Shown here piece after piece: positions 49,961 to 63,189 of a stretch of DNA of 64,000 bases. Location of the stretch: NCBI RefSeq assembly GCF_044704955.1, contig NC_091991.1, positions 177,692,001-177,756,000 of the forward strand, in the 5' to 3' direction. The translations under genes and the position numbers were made by a program. Position 1 is the first letter of the stretch; the number at the start of each line of letters is the position of its first letter. The stretch comes from Pristiophorus japonicus. Its lineage: Eukaryota. The notes under the pieces were generated by a model. That model did not search any database, had not been told where the DNA came from, and was given only the letters and a program-made list of their open reading frames with translations.

Positions 49961-50711
49961 TCGTGCTGATAATTTAACACATTTTTTTTTTTGGAGGTTT
50001 ACTAGGCGATTTAACCTTGGGTTGCCAACTCTGGTTGGACATATTCCTGGAGGTTACATCGCATGATCTTCCGGCTCCAACCACCCTGCCCTACACTCCT
50101 AACATTGGCCACCTGACACGTCCATCCTCCCGTCCCACGCCAATTGGAGAGCCAATTAATTGCCCGCTTGGATGACTTTTGACTTGTCTTGGCCATCTGA
50201 CGCCCGCGCCAGTGATTCATTCCTGGAGCCTCTCGGGGAAATCCTCATTTATCCTGGGTGGGCCAGGGGCTTGCTGCACTGCAACACCTCAGCACAGTGA
50301 TTATTGGATAATCCGGTGGGGTTGGAACACACGTCGTTCAAGGAACATGCCCGATTTTCCGATATCTCCCTATCTCTGTAATCTCCCCCACCTCACCCCA
50401 AGATGTCTGCGCTCCTCTAATTCTGTCCTTTTGAGCATCTGATTTTAATCGCTCAACCATTGGTGGCTGTGCCTTCAGCTGCCTGGGCCCTAAGCGCTGG
50501 AGTTCCCTCCCTAAACCTCTCTGCCTCCTTTTAACACGCTCCTTAAAACCTACCTCTTTGACCAAGCTTTTGGTCACCTGCTCTAATTACTCTTTATGTG
50601 GCTCGGTGTCAAATTTTGTTTTATACTTCTGTGAAGTGCCCTTGGGATGTTTTACGACATTAAAGGCACTATATAAATACACGTCGTTGTTGTTGATATT
50701 CTCTGCACCCA

Positions 50712-51170
50712 TTCATAGGCAGTCCCTCGGAATCGAGGAAGACTTGCTTCCACTCCCAAAGTGAGTTCTCTGATGGCTGTATAGTCCACTATGGGAGCCA
50801 CAGACTCTGTCACAGGTGGGACAGACATTCGACGAGGGGAGGGGTCGGTGGGGCTGGTTTGCCGCGCGTTCCTTCCGCTGCCTGCGCTTGACCTCTTCAC
50901 GCTGTTTGCGTTGAGACTCGAAGAACTCAACACCCTCCCGGATGCACTTTCTCCACCTCGGGCCAGGGTCTCCCAGGTGTCAGTGGTGATGTCGCACTTT
51001 ACCAGGGAGGCTTTGAGGGTGTCCTTCTAATGTTTCCGCTGCCCACCTTTGGCTTGTTTACCATAAAGGAGTTCCGCATAAAGCATTTACTTAAGGAGTC
51101 TCGTATCTGGCATGCCAACTATGTGGTCTGCCCAGTGAAGCTGATCGAGTGTGGTCAGTGCTTCAATACT
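50712..51170 (-). mobile_element. RTE LINE 3' fragment
   Basis: IEALTTLDQLHWADHIVGMPDTRL; RTE tail. Confidence 0.85.
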
Positions 51171-51501
51171 GAACGAATGAATGAATGATGATGAATGAAT
51201 CTTTGCACCCAAGCAATGCATTACCAAGCACCAGAAACAAACCCAAGAATATCTGCGGTTTATTCCCATCCGCTTACAAAAGCAAGTGAGTTGTACAATT
51301 TGAAGCCTTGGACACAAGTGTCACTTCTCCACTATTTCTGGGTACTTACACACAACACTGTGGTACCTGTACAGCCAATCACGGAATGTGTAGAGATTTG
51401 AGGGGGATTGGTTCTGGATGTTGCCAATCTGATCAGTTCAGATTCCATTTAAATTGAATGATCCATTTGTTGCAATAAAATATTTTGGTTTGGTTAACAA
51501 A

Positions 51502-51516
51502 CCACTAGATGGTGCA
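51502..51516 (+). promoter_or_regulatory. Candidate CTCF site
   Basis: CCACTAGATGGTGCA closely matches the CTCF core CCAS-YAG-RKGGCRS; lies in unique sequence between convergent genes. Confidence 0.5.
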
Positions 51517-52627
51517 CAAGAGCAGCAGTTTCATCAATCTGACTCTGGACCCATTGCCAGCAAAATGTCTCTTTATTCTGAAACTGTGCCAAGTCTGCAT
51601 AAAAACACAGGATGAAAAAGTCAGCATGAAATGAGACTGTAAACCCAATCTTTATTATAATCTTGGAATCTGTTGTGGTGCAATATTTGTTCTCAAGTTG
51701 GCTCCTCTTGCATTCAACCCCACATATTATTCCCTCCCCTCTCCCATCAAGATGATTTGGGGTAGGGGATGAGATGGATGGCAGCAGAATTTCAAAGAGT
51801 AAGACAGAAAACTGTATTTCACTGACCGCAACTCATTTCCTCTGTCTCTTACAGTGGCTGCAGCAAGGAGGCCAGCGTCTGATTCCAGCTCTCAAAAAGG
51901 AATTTACATCTGAGCTTTTCACAAGTGAAATAAGTCCGGGTGGGGGTGCAGGGGCGGCGGGGGCTGAATGGCTGGAGACAACCTTGTCGTCTCTGGACTC
52001 TCGCTCCTCTAGAGCGAACAGGGTAAGCGACATAGAGCCAAGATAGGAAAAGGGGAAGGAAAGGCAGAAGAGATTAAAGTTTTGGACCGGACTCTGGCAC
52101 GAAGGGTCAAAACTGCAGCTTGCGGAGAGGAAGTAGGGGATGTGGGTTTGTAACCGGAATCTCCCCCACAACAATGACTTCAGCCAGGGAATCCCCCCGC
52201 CCCTTCCTCTACCACCTGCAGAATAGCTGTACCCCACCCAAGTTCTCAGTTAGTGCCCTGCTGGTGTTGGAGGATCCCTGGTCAGTGAAGAGCCAGGTGC
52301 TCTAACTACAAGGGGAGGGGGAGTCTTACCTGCAATATAAAGGGTGAAAACTTAAGAGTGTAATTGGCATTTTTTTTTTACATCAGTGCTGCTGGAAAGT
52401 AGATGGATCAGGACCGGACCGGGAGCGGGTGCAATGCCTGCTGTGGTTGAATAGTCCACAGACGGTCACTGACCAAGTGGGAGAGCTACTGGCCAATGGA
52501 ACCAAACCCCAACACCAGTGTGTGTCGAGGACAGATATTTTGAGGGGTGTGGGGTCTATAGGGGTGTTGTAGACGCACAACACCCCTCTTCCACACTTTG
52601 ATGCATTGTTGATTAAATTTACCAGAC

Positions 52628-53098
52628 ATCATCATAGGCAGTCCCTCAGAATCGAGGATGATTTGCTTCCACTCTAAAAGTGAGTTCTCCGGTGACTGAA
52701 CAGTCCAATGCGGGAATTACAGTTTCTGTCGCAGGTGGGACAGAGTGGTTGAAGGAAAGGGTGGGTGAGGAGTCTGGTTTGCCGCACGCTCCTTCCATTG
52801 CCTGCGCTTGATTTCTACACGCTCTCGGCGATGAGACTCTAGGTACTCAGCGCTCTCCTGGCTGCTCTTCCTCCACTTAGGGCGGTCTTTGGCCAGGGAC
52901 TCCCAGGTGTCGGTGGGGATGTTGCGCTTTATCAAGGAGGCTTTGAGGGTGTCCCTGAAATGTTTCCTCTGCCCACCTCGGGCACGCTTGCCATGTAGAA
53001 GTTCTGAGTAGAGCGCTTGCTTTGGGAGCCTTGTGTTGGGCATGCGGACAATGTGGCCCGCCCAACGGAGCTGGTCGAGTGTGGTCAGTGCTTCGATG
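52628..53098 (-). mobile_element. RTE LINE 3' fragment
   Basis: ORF 52717..53043 MPNTRLPKQALYSELLHGKRARGGQRK. Confidence 0.87.
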
Positions 53099-54621
53099 GT
53101 GGCCTTAGCGAGAACACTGAAGTTGACAACAGCAGCTCAGATCACATCTGATCAAAGCCAAATCTTAAACTTGGTGTTTAGCTGTTTGGGCAGGGGGCAG
53201 GTGGGTAGATCAGAATTCCCCCTCCCTTCTTGTGGTGGATTGGAAAAATCTGAAAGATATTATACCAACCACCAAATATATTTTCAAGGATACAAAAATA
53301 AAGAGTGTGGTGATGGAGGATACTGAAGGCAGAATATTTCACTGGGCTTTGTTCTTTCCACTGTTCCATCACTCAGGGATTGGGGAGTTAGATTAGAATG
53401 AACACCATCCATCATATAGTATGTTAGATCTAGAGTGTAATCTACTTAATTCCAAACTTTCTCCAAAGCGTACAGTCACATTTGACACCAAGAAGACACG
53501 TTTCATGGAATGGATGTGCCGGCCCTTTGAAAGAACTATTAAATTAGACCTACTCCCTCTTTCCCATAGCCATGCAAATTTTTCCTTTTCAAGTATATAT
53601 CCAATTACCCTTTGAATGTTACTATTGAATCTGCTTCCACTGCCCTTTTCAGCAGTGCGTTTCAGATCATCATAACTCGCCTCTTTATCACATCTCCCTT
53701 CTGCTTCTAGGGGATTTTTTCAGTCAGGGATTAATTCTGACATTCATCTTCCCCAAAACATTTTTTTTTAAAAAGCTGAATTTCCAGCTGCAATTTAAAT
53801 GGGTTATTTAAAGAGGTTTCTCTGCTGCTCACAGATCAGGTGCTCAGATAGCACAAGCTGATGAGCTAATGTTCTGATCGGAACCAAGACATCACCAGTT
53901 CCTCTGCACCCTCCTCCAGCCCTGCAGCCTGCCAAAAACTCTCGACCAGATAGCCTGACAGCAGTAGGGAAAACGCAAGAACCTCAGGCTCTTTTACCTA
54001 GAAATAACTAACTGCACGCCTTAAACCCTTCTCCCTCAAACACCAAATGTGACAGCTGTGGATTTCATCACCCAGGGATTGGCGAGTTAGAATGCTCACC
54101 ATCCATCGTATTGTACCACATTAGATCCAGAGTGTAATCTACTTAATTTCAAACATTCTCCTAAGCGTATTGGTCACATTAGAGGACACACAGTTCATGG
54201 AATGGACTTCAAAATTCTCATCCTTGTTTTCAAATCCCTCCATGGCCTTGCCCACACTCTCTCCACCCACCACCCCATCTCTAATCTTCACCCTCCCCAC
54301 ATCTCTATCCCCCCCACCCCACATCTCTAATCAATCTCTTCTCACCCCCATAGAGCTATCTGCACTCCTCCAATTCTAGCCTCTTGAACATCCCGGATTA
54401 TAATCGTTCCACCATTGGCAGACGTGCCTTCAGCCGTCTGGGCCCTCAGCTCTGGAATTCCTTTCCGACCACGCTCTTTCCTTCTTTAAGACTCTCCTTA
54501 AAACCTACCTCTATGACCAAGCTATTGATCCTCTGCCCTAATTTCTCCTTATGTGGCTCAGTGTCAAGTTTTGTTTTATAACACTTTTGCAAAACGCTTT
54601 AGGATATTTCACTACATTAAA

Positions 54622-55353
54622 CGACGAGGTTCAACACCGCCTCCAGTGCGCCAGCGCAGCATTCAGCCGCCTGAGGACAAGAGTGTTCGAAGATCATGCC
54701 CTCAAATCTGGCACCAAGCTTATGGTCGACAGGGCTGCAGTGATACCCGCCCTCCTGTATGGCTCAGAGACGTGAACTGTATACAGCAGACATCTCAAAG
54801 CGCTGGGGAAGTACCACCAGCGTTGCCTCAAGATCCTGCAAATCCCCTGGGAGGACAGACACACCAACGTCAGTGTCCTCGATCAGGCCAACATCGAAGC
54901 ACTGACCAGCTCCGTTGGGCGGGCCACCTTGTCTGCATGCCTGACACGAGACTCCCGAAGAAAGCGCTCTACTCGGAACTCCTACACGGCAAGCGAGCCC
55001 CAGGTGGGCAGAGGAAACATTTCAAGGACACCCTCAAAGCCTGCTTGATAAAATGTAACATTCCCACCAACACCTTGGAGTCCCTGGCCAAAGACCACCC
55101 GAAGTGGAGGAAGAGCATCCGGGAGGACGTCGAGCACCTCGAGTTTCGTCACCGAGAGCATGCAAAAAACAAGCGCAGGCAGCGGAAGGAGCGTGCGGCA
55201 AACCAGACTCCCCACTCACCCTTTCCTTCAACAAATGTCTGCCCCACCTGTGACAGAGACTGTAATTCCCGTATTGGACTGTTCAGTCACCTGAGAACTC
55301 ACTTTTAGAGTGGAAGCAGGTCTTCCTCGATTTCGAGGGACTGCCTAGGATGA
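54622..55353 (+). mobile_element. RTE LINE 3' fragment inserted in an L2 tail
   Basis: DEVQHRLQCASAAF...LLYGSET...QLRWAGH...CPTC; flanked by duplicated ACATTAAA. Confidence 0.88.
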
Positions 55354-56374
55354 CATTAAAGGCGCTATATCAATACAAGTTGCTGTTATTGATTCCAAGC
55401 CAGTGGCTTTGCAGTTTTCTCCCACCCCATCTAACCCAGGGATCGTTGTAGTTCCACAACCACCTTCTCAAAGTTCCTCCTGGCCATGACTCCCACCTCT
55501 TCTCCCTCAATCCTATCTCCACTCAACTCCCCTTCCCGAGCCCCGTTAATTGGAATAATCATCTCTTTCCCCTTCAAAACTGCCATCGGTCCCCCCTCCT
55601 CAGGAATAAAAAACCCTTTCAACCCATTGATCCTCTCCACCTCCAAACTGTTCAAGGTCCTCAAATACAACAACAACAACAACTTGTATTTATATAGCAC
55701 CTTTAATGTAGTGAAATGTCCCAAGGTGCTTCACAGGAGTATAATGAAATAACAATGAGACACCGAGCCGCAAAAGTAGAAATTAGCGCAGGTGACCAAA
55801 AGCTTGGGTCAAAGAGGTAGGTTTTAAGGAGCATTCTTGAGGAGGAAAGAGAGGTAGAGAAGTTTAGGCAGGGAATTTCCAGAGCTTGGGGCCCAGATAA
55901 CAGAAGGCACAGCCACCAATGAGCTATTATAATCAGGGATGCTCAAGAGGGCAGAATTAGAGGAGCACAGACATCTCGGGGGGGGGGGGGGGGGGGGGGG
56001 GGATTGTGGGGTGGAGGAGATTATACAGAGATAGGGAGGTGCGAGGCCATGGAGGGATTTAAAAACAGGGATGAGAATTTAGAAATTGTGGCGTTGCTGA
56101 ACACGTGGTGGTTCCATCTATCCCCTCACCACCACCAGCATTTCCAAACTCCTGCCCTGACAAAGACAAGTAACGTTTCGCACCCATTCTGTGTCACAAT
56201 TTAATCAAGCTTTCTTTTTCATAGTTGCATCTGTCCCACAAACTTAATGGGAGACTTATTTTTGTACTATGTTGTTGTATCGGGGCTGTTCTCATTTAGA
56301 TTAACATGCAAAAAAGGTGAATTTTTTTTAACATTCAACTGTCCTGTTACTGCTGCTTACAAAAGGCACACCAT

Positions 56375-59300
56375 CCCAGAGGTTTAATATATAATTTATT
56401 GTAGATACAATTCTTATACACAGTAAATATATATATTGCAAACCAATGAGTTTGCTTAATATTCTGTATACATCAATAATCTGCAAAGATTTTAACAAAT
56501 GTTATTCAGTAAAGTGCGTCAAATATTAAACCCTGTCCGGTCGATGGAGCAGAAATAGTATATGTTTATAAGACAAGTTGTTATACATTGTAGATGATCA
56601 GCACTTAACTCTCCAGATTAGCAAGAACCTTTTACAGTTCAACGTCCTTCCTTGTAAACATCTCCCACGAAACAAAATTTTCTGTGCCACCAACTCTCTC
56701 TTTCCTCCCTCTCCCCCTTCCCCCACAAAATGTTAATCGCTTCTGAAAAAGCAGCAACTGACAGTAATGAGCACGGGAAGGCCAGGGGGGGAAACCAGTT
56801 ACAGCTCCCACCCCACGGGGAGGCGGCCCCCACTGGGAGAGCAAGTGCCACGCATTATCATTTTTGAGAATCATGTAAAAGCGAGAGGCGCATATATTTC
56901 TCAGAAAACACAGTGTAGGGCTGTATCCCTTCTGCAGACACGAGTATCCCGATTAACACATTTTCTGATAAATCGGAGGTAACCCTCTATTAAAGCACTC
57001 ATTTAATACAAGAGTTCAGCTCTCCCTGCTACTCAAAACATCCACTGTTCTTCCTCCAATCATAGTGAGAAACCTGCTTGGCTGCCCGTAAGGTTTTTTT
57101 GGGGTTAGGTACATACACCTGGGAACGGAGTCAAGCACTGCCAGGTCCCTCTGCCCAAACAAGGTGCGTCACAATCAAACTCCACCACCCTGGCTGCACC
57201 AGTGGGAGGTTTCAATTTCTCCAGACACCCAGTTCTGGGACCTCGAGTGAGTCTGGTCAATTTGGATATTATTTCTACCATGAACTGGATTGAGGCTGCC
57301 CCAAACTCAATCAAATCCAGACAAAACAACAGAAGTCTCGCAAACAAACCGGCCTGGATTTGAGCCAAGGCCCCAGAGGGGCAGTCCTCAGGAAGAGGGG
57401 CACATTGCCCAGAGACTTAAGGCCATTGTAGAGTCTTACTTTGGAGTCTCCCGATAAACAGGGACTGCATGCAATGACAGCACCATTCTGGCTGGGAATA
57501 GAGATGTTCGGGTAACTTCCCCCGTCAATCACGCCTGGAGACCGCAGTGCTGCAAGTGACTGGGATCGATTTTACACAATTTGTATTATGCAACTATCCT
57601 CCACGCACTGCACTTTGCTGCAGAAATCATCCTGCTTTTATCGGGAGATTTTGCTGTAGTTTGTCATGAGTGGTTTGCTATAGTTCATAGAGACTCTTTT
57701 TAAATAGACTCTGTGGACTGTTTAAATAGGCTCTGTTGTAAAAAATAAAATGTGTTGAGTCCCGCCATAAGTCCCACCCCGCCTCCAACTCATTGGCTGA
57801 CAGAAGTGGTGTCAACAGGCACTCCGATTAATGGGCTTTGTCTCGAACAAAACGGTTATTTCAATTGGGGGGTTTTAAACTCACATCGGGGTGTGGTTAC
57901 AGAGTCATCTCCCTATCTCAGGGCTCGACAAGCAGTTAATAAAAAAAACCACATAGGCTACTCTTCAGATATCCCATTCCTGGCACCTCTCGTCAATTTC
58001 CTCCAAAGTGGGATGCTTCCTACTTGCTGACTTGGTGACAAAGGATCTCTGCGCACAATCTCAGCACCATCCTGCCACCACTGGGTAAAAATAAACAATA
58101 GTTCAGGAAAGGTCGGTGTTCCTGACCCCGTCGCAATCAAGAAATGGCAAAGTACAAAAACAAACAAGGTAAAGTTCTACTGATTGTCGGAAGAGCTTTC
58201 TGTGGCTTAACATTTAGTGCGATAATAACAGTCTCCGCCCTGTGCCGAGCTTGCAGCTAGCAATGCGATCATAATCAGGCAACAAAACCCGCTGAAGGTG
58301 TCTGCAGGGCGGCTAGACTCATTCTCCATCCCCCACCCGTCAGTATCAGAGAAACATTCAGTGGGTCTTTTTTTTGCCCTCCCACATTAAAAAAAAGACT
58401 TGGATTTGTAGAACGCCTTGCACACCCGCGGGACATCCAAGAGCGCTTTACTGCCAAATAAAGTACTTTACTGTCTGAAGTGTTGTCACTGTTGTAATGC
58501 AAGAAATACTGCAGCCAAATGGCACACAGCAAGCTCCCACAAACAGCAATGAGATAATGTGTGGTTTTTTTGTCCCTTTTTGAAAAAAAAAGTGATGTTG
58601 AGGGATGAATACTGGCCAGAACTCCCCCTGTTCTTGTTGGAAATGTAGTGCTAGGGGATTTTTAGCATAAGTTTAGTAACAGGACTTCGATACGGTGTAC
58701 GAAACAGAAACGGAGTTTCCCAGTTTGCAAAATAAAACCCGGCAGCAGCGAGTCACCTCTGACTACACGTCACCCATTTCACATTGGGCAGCTGGGCAGA
58801 ACTACATTGGTAGAGGACAGGGAGCAGGTTACTTTCAGCCAGTCAATACTGTATGTATTATGAAGAAAGAAAAAGAATTGCATTTCGACAGCGCCTTTCA
58901 CGTCCCCAGGACGTCCTAAAGCGCTTTACAGCCAGTGAAGTACTTTTTGAAGTGTAATCACTATTGTAATGTGGGAAACGCTACAGGCAATTTGCACACA
59001 GCAAGCTCCCACAAACAGCAATAGGATAAACCCACTGCAAAAAATACCAGAGTCTGCACAATCCTCGTTAAGTCACGGTGAAATACTTGTATCGATCGAT
59101 TAAATCATTTAACGGTTAACTCGTCCTTTAGGATTAGGGAACGTGTAAAAAGCCTACATCTCTCAATTTCCTGCCACAGGGCGAGGGTTGAGGGAGAACA
59201 CAGAATGGAAGCCACCATCACCATTCTGGACAGCAGTAAAGCCCATTACTCGATAGTTAGACTAAGCATCGTGCTACATGTATTTCCCTCGCACCATGCA

Positions 59301-62197
59301 AGGACAAGGTCACATCTTTCTGTGAACCAGAGGTGTTTCATACCAAAAACCCCAATGGAAGTTTCAGTCCCTCCACGTTCACATATTCCAACTTTCAGCC
59401 ATCAGAAGGAAAGAGAAGGAGAGGGGGAGAGAGAGAGAGAAAAAAAGAAAAAAAAAAGAGAAAGAAGTGATGGAAGAGAAAGAGAAAAAAGACTTGCATT
59501 TCTATAGCACCTTTCGCGACCACGCAACATCCCAAAGCATTTTACAGCCAGTGAAGTACTTTTTAAAGTGTACTCACTGTTGTAATGTAGGACATTTTGT
59601 GACATTCCAATGTGCTGAACACTTGGATAAACAAACAAAAAGGGTCCTGGAGAGAGAACTACTGCCACAGGAAGAGGTAACTGGAGACACTTCCACCCAT
59701 CTCTTAGCCCTCCCCCACAGGCATGGTTTTGAGGTTAGATGCAAACACTGGAGAAAATATTAAAAAGTCTGAAGTATTCTTACTGTGAATGATAATGCCA
59801 GCAGCAATAATAACCGGGTTTACAGAAGTAAAGACAGCCCATGGGCTCCCTTGAATCCAGCGACAAGGACATTCGCCTCCTCATCCATGGCCAACTCAGG
59901 GTGTTGGTCAACCCCTCCCTTCCATGTTGCGGGGGGAGGGGGGGGGGGGGGGGAAAAGAGATTTGGAGATCGCAGATTTGACCAGATTCCAAACCAGTTC
60001 AGGACAAAAACACAGTAAATGCTTTTTCGCCAAGTTCAGCTTTCTAATGCTACCCTCAACGCCCCCCTCCTCCCCCTTTTCTCGATGGTTGGCTTCACCG
60101 TTTTCCCCCTCCCCTCGCTGCCAACAAACACCCAAACGCTGGGAATTGGAGCAGCCAGCTACAAACCGCAGCAGAACACGTGCGGAATAGAGTTAATCAC
60201 TTTACGGCACGGTGGGAGGCAAACGCGCGGGGTTATTTTTCTTGTTTTTGCAAGATCTCGGGGTTGAGGGGACATTGGCAATCTATGTGAAATCGTCTCT
60301 CGTGATGTAGGTCGCCTCAGTCAGGTCAGGAGCTTGTAAACAGTTCTGACGAGGCGTTATCCCGTAGGCGACACAGCCCCCCTCCACCCCGGTCAGTTAT
60401 TGCATTTCAAATGGCGGAAATACACAGTGATTTGTGGAGTTTGGTTTACATTCTGGGGGCAGCTTTTCTGCATTCGGGCTAAAAGGTCTACACTCAAAAA
60501 AAAAGGTTAACTTGTCCTTTCCCTTTTTAAAAAAGTTTTGATGAACCCATCTCATCATTTTAAATAGCCTTCAAATAATTTCTATTTTTTTTTTTAAATA
60601 ATCAAACTGCTCTTGCAGGAATCAGCCAACCAAAAATTCTCGAAACTTAAAAAAAAAACCCCAGAAGGGTTGTAGTTCCATGAATACATTGGAATTTCCC
60701 ATCCTGCTGTCAGGGGGCAGAGCATCAGCCTCTGTCTAAAACCCTCGGCTGGGTCCAAAGGCATTTCAGATCAGTGACTGCTCAAAAGCTGAGCTTCCAG
60801 CCCACGGCACTAAAGTGGAAATGTGTGTGTGTGGAGTTGCACAACAAAAAAAGAAAAGCTACAATTCCAATTTGGCAAGGGATGCTGTACGATTAAATAT
60901 AACATGCAGCCAATAATTTAACCTTAACCCCACAAGAGCAGAATTTCCTTTGCAGTTCGGGGGTAGGGGGAATTAATCTAAATGTCGTACTACAATACCA
61001 CATGTTAACACGCCACACCTCCGCTCACAAACACGGTTTAGAGACACTGCTTTTTTGCACATTAATAAATATTCTTTCGACATGTGCAGTTGGATAGCTG
61101 ATACAATGGAGTGTTTCAATCAGAACGAGGTTATTCAGTGCATCCGCACCAAAGCCAGTATAAGTCCACATCAGGTGCGGGTGCCAATATGCCATTAAAT
61201 CCACATTGGCTCAGGGTCCAAGTGATCGTTCCAGACTCCGCATAGATTGCGGACTGGGAGCAAGCTCTACAAATTCCAAAGAGCCCATTTTAAACCAGGC
61301 TCCCGTCGGCTTCAAATTAAGCCCAGTGCCAACAGCATCTCCAATCATCCCTCAGCTACACTTACTGGTTTGAGGGGAGGAGGGGGGAAAAACAATGGAA
61401 CAAATGGTTTTAAAAAGCAGGCAACAGGACCGGGTCGGTCTCATCACAGCCCCGAGAGAGAATCGAACCTCTGCTGCCAACAGACTGTCCCATCAGGTCT
61501 ACCAAATCACGGATCTCCTCCTCCCCCCCCTCCCAAAAACAGGGTGAGAACCGTACCCAGAGAGGTGGCCGCACTTAACCTGCACACCCACCACCGCTGC
61601 TCGAGCAGGTCGAACTAGAGATAGCAATGTAATCACACCCCACCCCCCCGTGAAGCAAGGATAACATTCATGTTATCATCACTGCAAGATTATCAGGGAG
61701 TAGGTTAGAATACAGCAGCCCCGGGTCATCCGGATTCCACCCTCACTTGGCCGGGGGGGGGTTCCCCCACAGCTATTTGTCGCTCCCCCCACCCCCAGAC
61801 AACCAAAATGCACTGTGGATAATTGAAGAGAACCATTCTAAACTTTGAAACTCTTTACACAAGGCAATTTGCCGATTGCTTCATTGCAGTGATGCTCCCA
61901 GTTGCATTAAACTTGGGTCATAAATCTGCATCGCAACAGCTAAACAGAGGGGAAAGGGGTCATTTCAACGGCTCTGTGCACCCAAGAGCAGCTGGGCCAT
62001 CACTCCAATCACTGACTGAGTGTAGCCAAGCCTCAGGTAACCAATTTCAAACTAAACCGAGGAGAACTCCCTTTGGCAGGGAACAATACTCAAGTGTTTT
62101 ATGGCAGGGGGGGGGGGGGAAAAGGGAGGAAGGAGGAAGACAAAAATAAAACACTGATCTTCGTCCTTGTCCGTCGGAAACACGGGAGCGTCGCAGG
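56375..62197 (-). other. SNX8: Putative long SNX8 3' UTR ending near AATAAA at 56395-56400
   Basis: LINE-free, U-run-rich minus-strand sequence from the SNX8 stop to a strongly AT-rich block with AATAAA; only short SINE remnants inside. Confidence 0.55.
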
Positions 62198-62317
62198 TCA
62201 TTGTGGGAAGAAGGAGGTTGGGCTCTGCCAATTCCCGGGTGACAGAGGGGGCGATGGCACTCCGTTGGGCAGGAGACCTCCCAACTTCGGTTTTAAGTCA
62301 TTCCACACTTCACTCAT
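62198..62317 (-). CDS. SNX8: SNX8 (sorting nexin 8) last coding exon
   Basis: ctccAG|; MSEVWNDLKPKLGGLLPNGVPSPPLSPGNWQSPTSFFPQ* vs human MSKVWNDLRPKL... Confidence 0.92.
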   Translation of the reverse strand: MSEVWNDLKPKLGGLLPNGVPSPPLSPGNWQSPTSFFPQ

Positions 62318-62689
62318 CTGGAGCAGGGGAAAAAAAAAAAAAAAAATCACAAGCCAGTAACTACCAATTCAACCAACAGTTCAAAACAGTATCGAAGGGG
62401 ATTATAATCTACTTCAATATCCGGTAACATTAAATATTACGGGTGTAATAGGAGCCTCCAGCCATTCAAATCCATTGAGGGAACAGAACAACATTGTCAA
62501 AACCATGCAGGAAGGATCAGGCTCAGTGGTGATGCTCCATGCAGTTGAACAGCCAAACACCCTTGGGCCTGCTCTTGAATGGCCACATGGGCCAGGTGCT
62601 AGAGGGCAGGTGGTGCCCACGGAACTGCAATCCGGGGGTGGGGGGGGGAAAAAGGAGGAAGGGAACGGAACACGCAGGGCTAGCCGTAC

Positions 62690-62839
62690 CTCTCGGTGTC
62701 CCTGGATCTGGGAGTCGATGAAGGCAGTCAGCACATGGGAGGTGATGTGCAGGTAGAGGTGGATGAGCTGAGTCTCCTGGTGCAGGCAGAACAACGAGAA
62801 GTAGTTCCGGAGTTCCATGGTCAGGATCGTGTTCTCTTG
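62690..62839 (-). CDS. SNX8: SNX8 penultimate exon (150 nt, end of BAR domain); gene begins beyond the right edge
   Basis: tttcAG|...|GTacgg; QENTILTMELRNYFSLFCLHQETQLIHLYLHITSHVLTAFIDSQIQGHRE vs human QENAIQTMELRNYFSLYCLHQETQLIHVYLPLTSHILRAFVNSQIQGHKE. Confidence 0.95.
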
Positions 62840-63189
62840 CTGAAATACAAGATCGCAGTTGAAGGCAACGTCAATTGGAACGGAACATTGAGAGAGTTTA
62901 ATTGATGCAATGTGTTGGGAGATGGCTGTATGTGTCACTTTGCAGCCTCAGCTCGCATTGTGTCCATGGCAACCCAATCTTTTTCACAAGATCAAGGTTC
63001 CACCCCCAAAACTAAAGGATCGGTTAGGCTGCGCCAAAAAGGAAGAAATCCAACGGGGAAACAGAGAATTTTTTTTTTTTTGCCGTACTTGGGCCCCCAA
63101 AAAACAGGCGTAACTCTTCAAGTACGCCCAAAAAAATGCTTTGGGGAAAATTGAACCCCACCCCCCCCTCACACAATGGGATTTACCAG

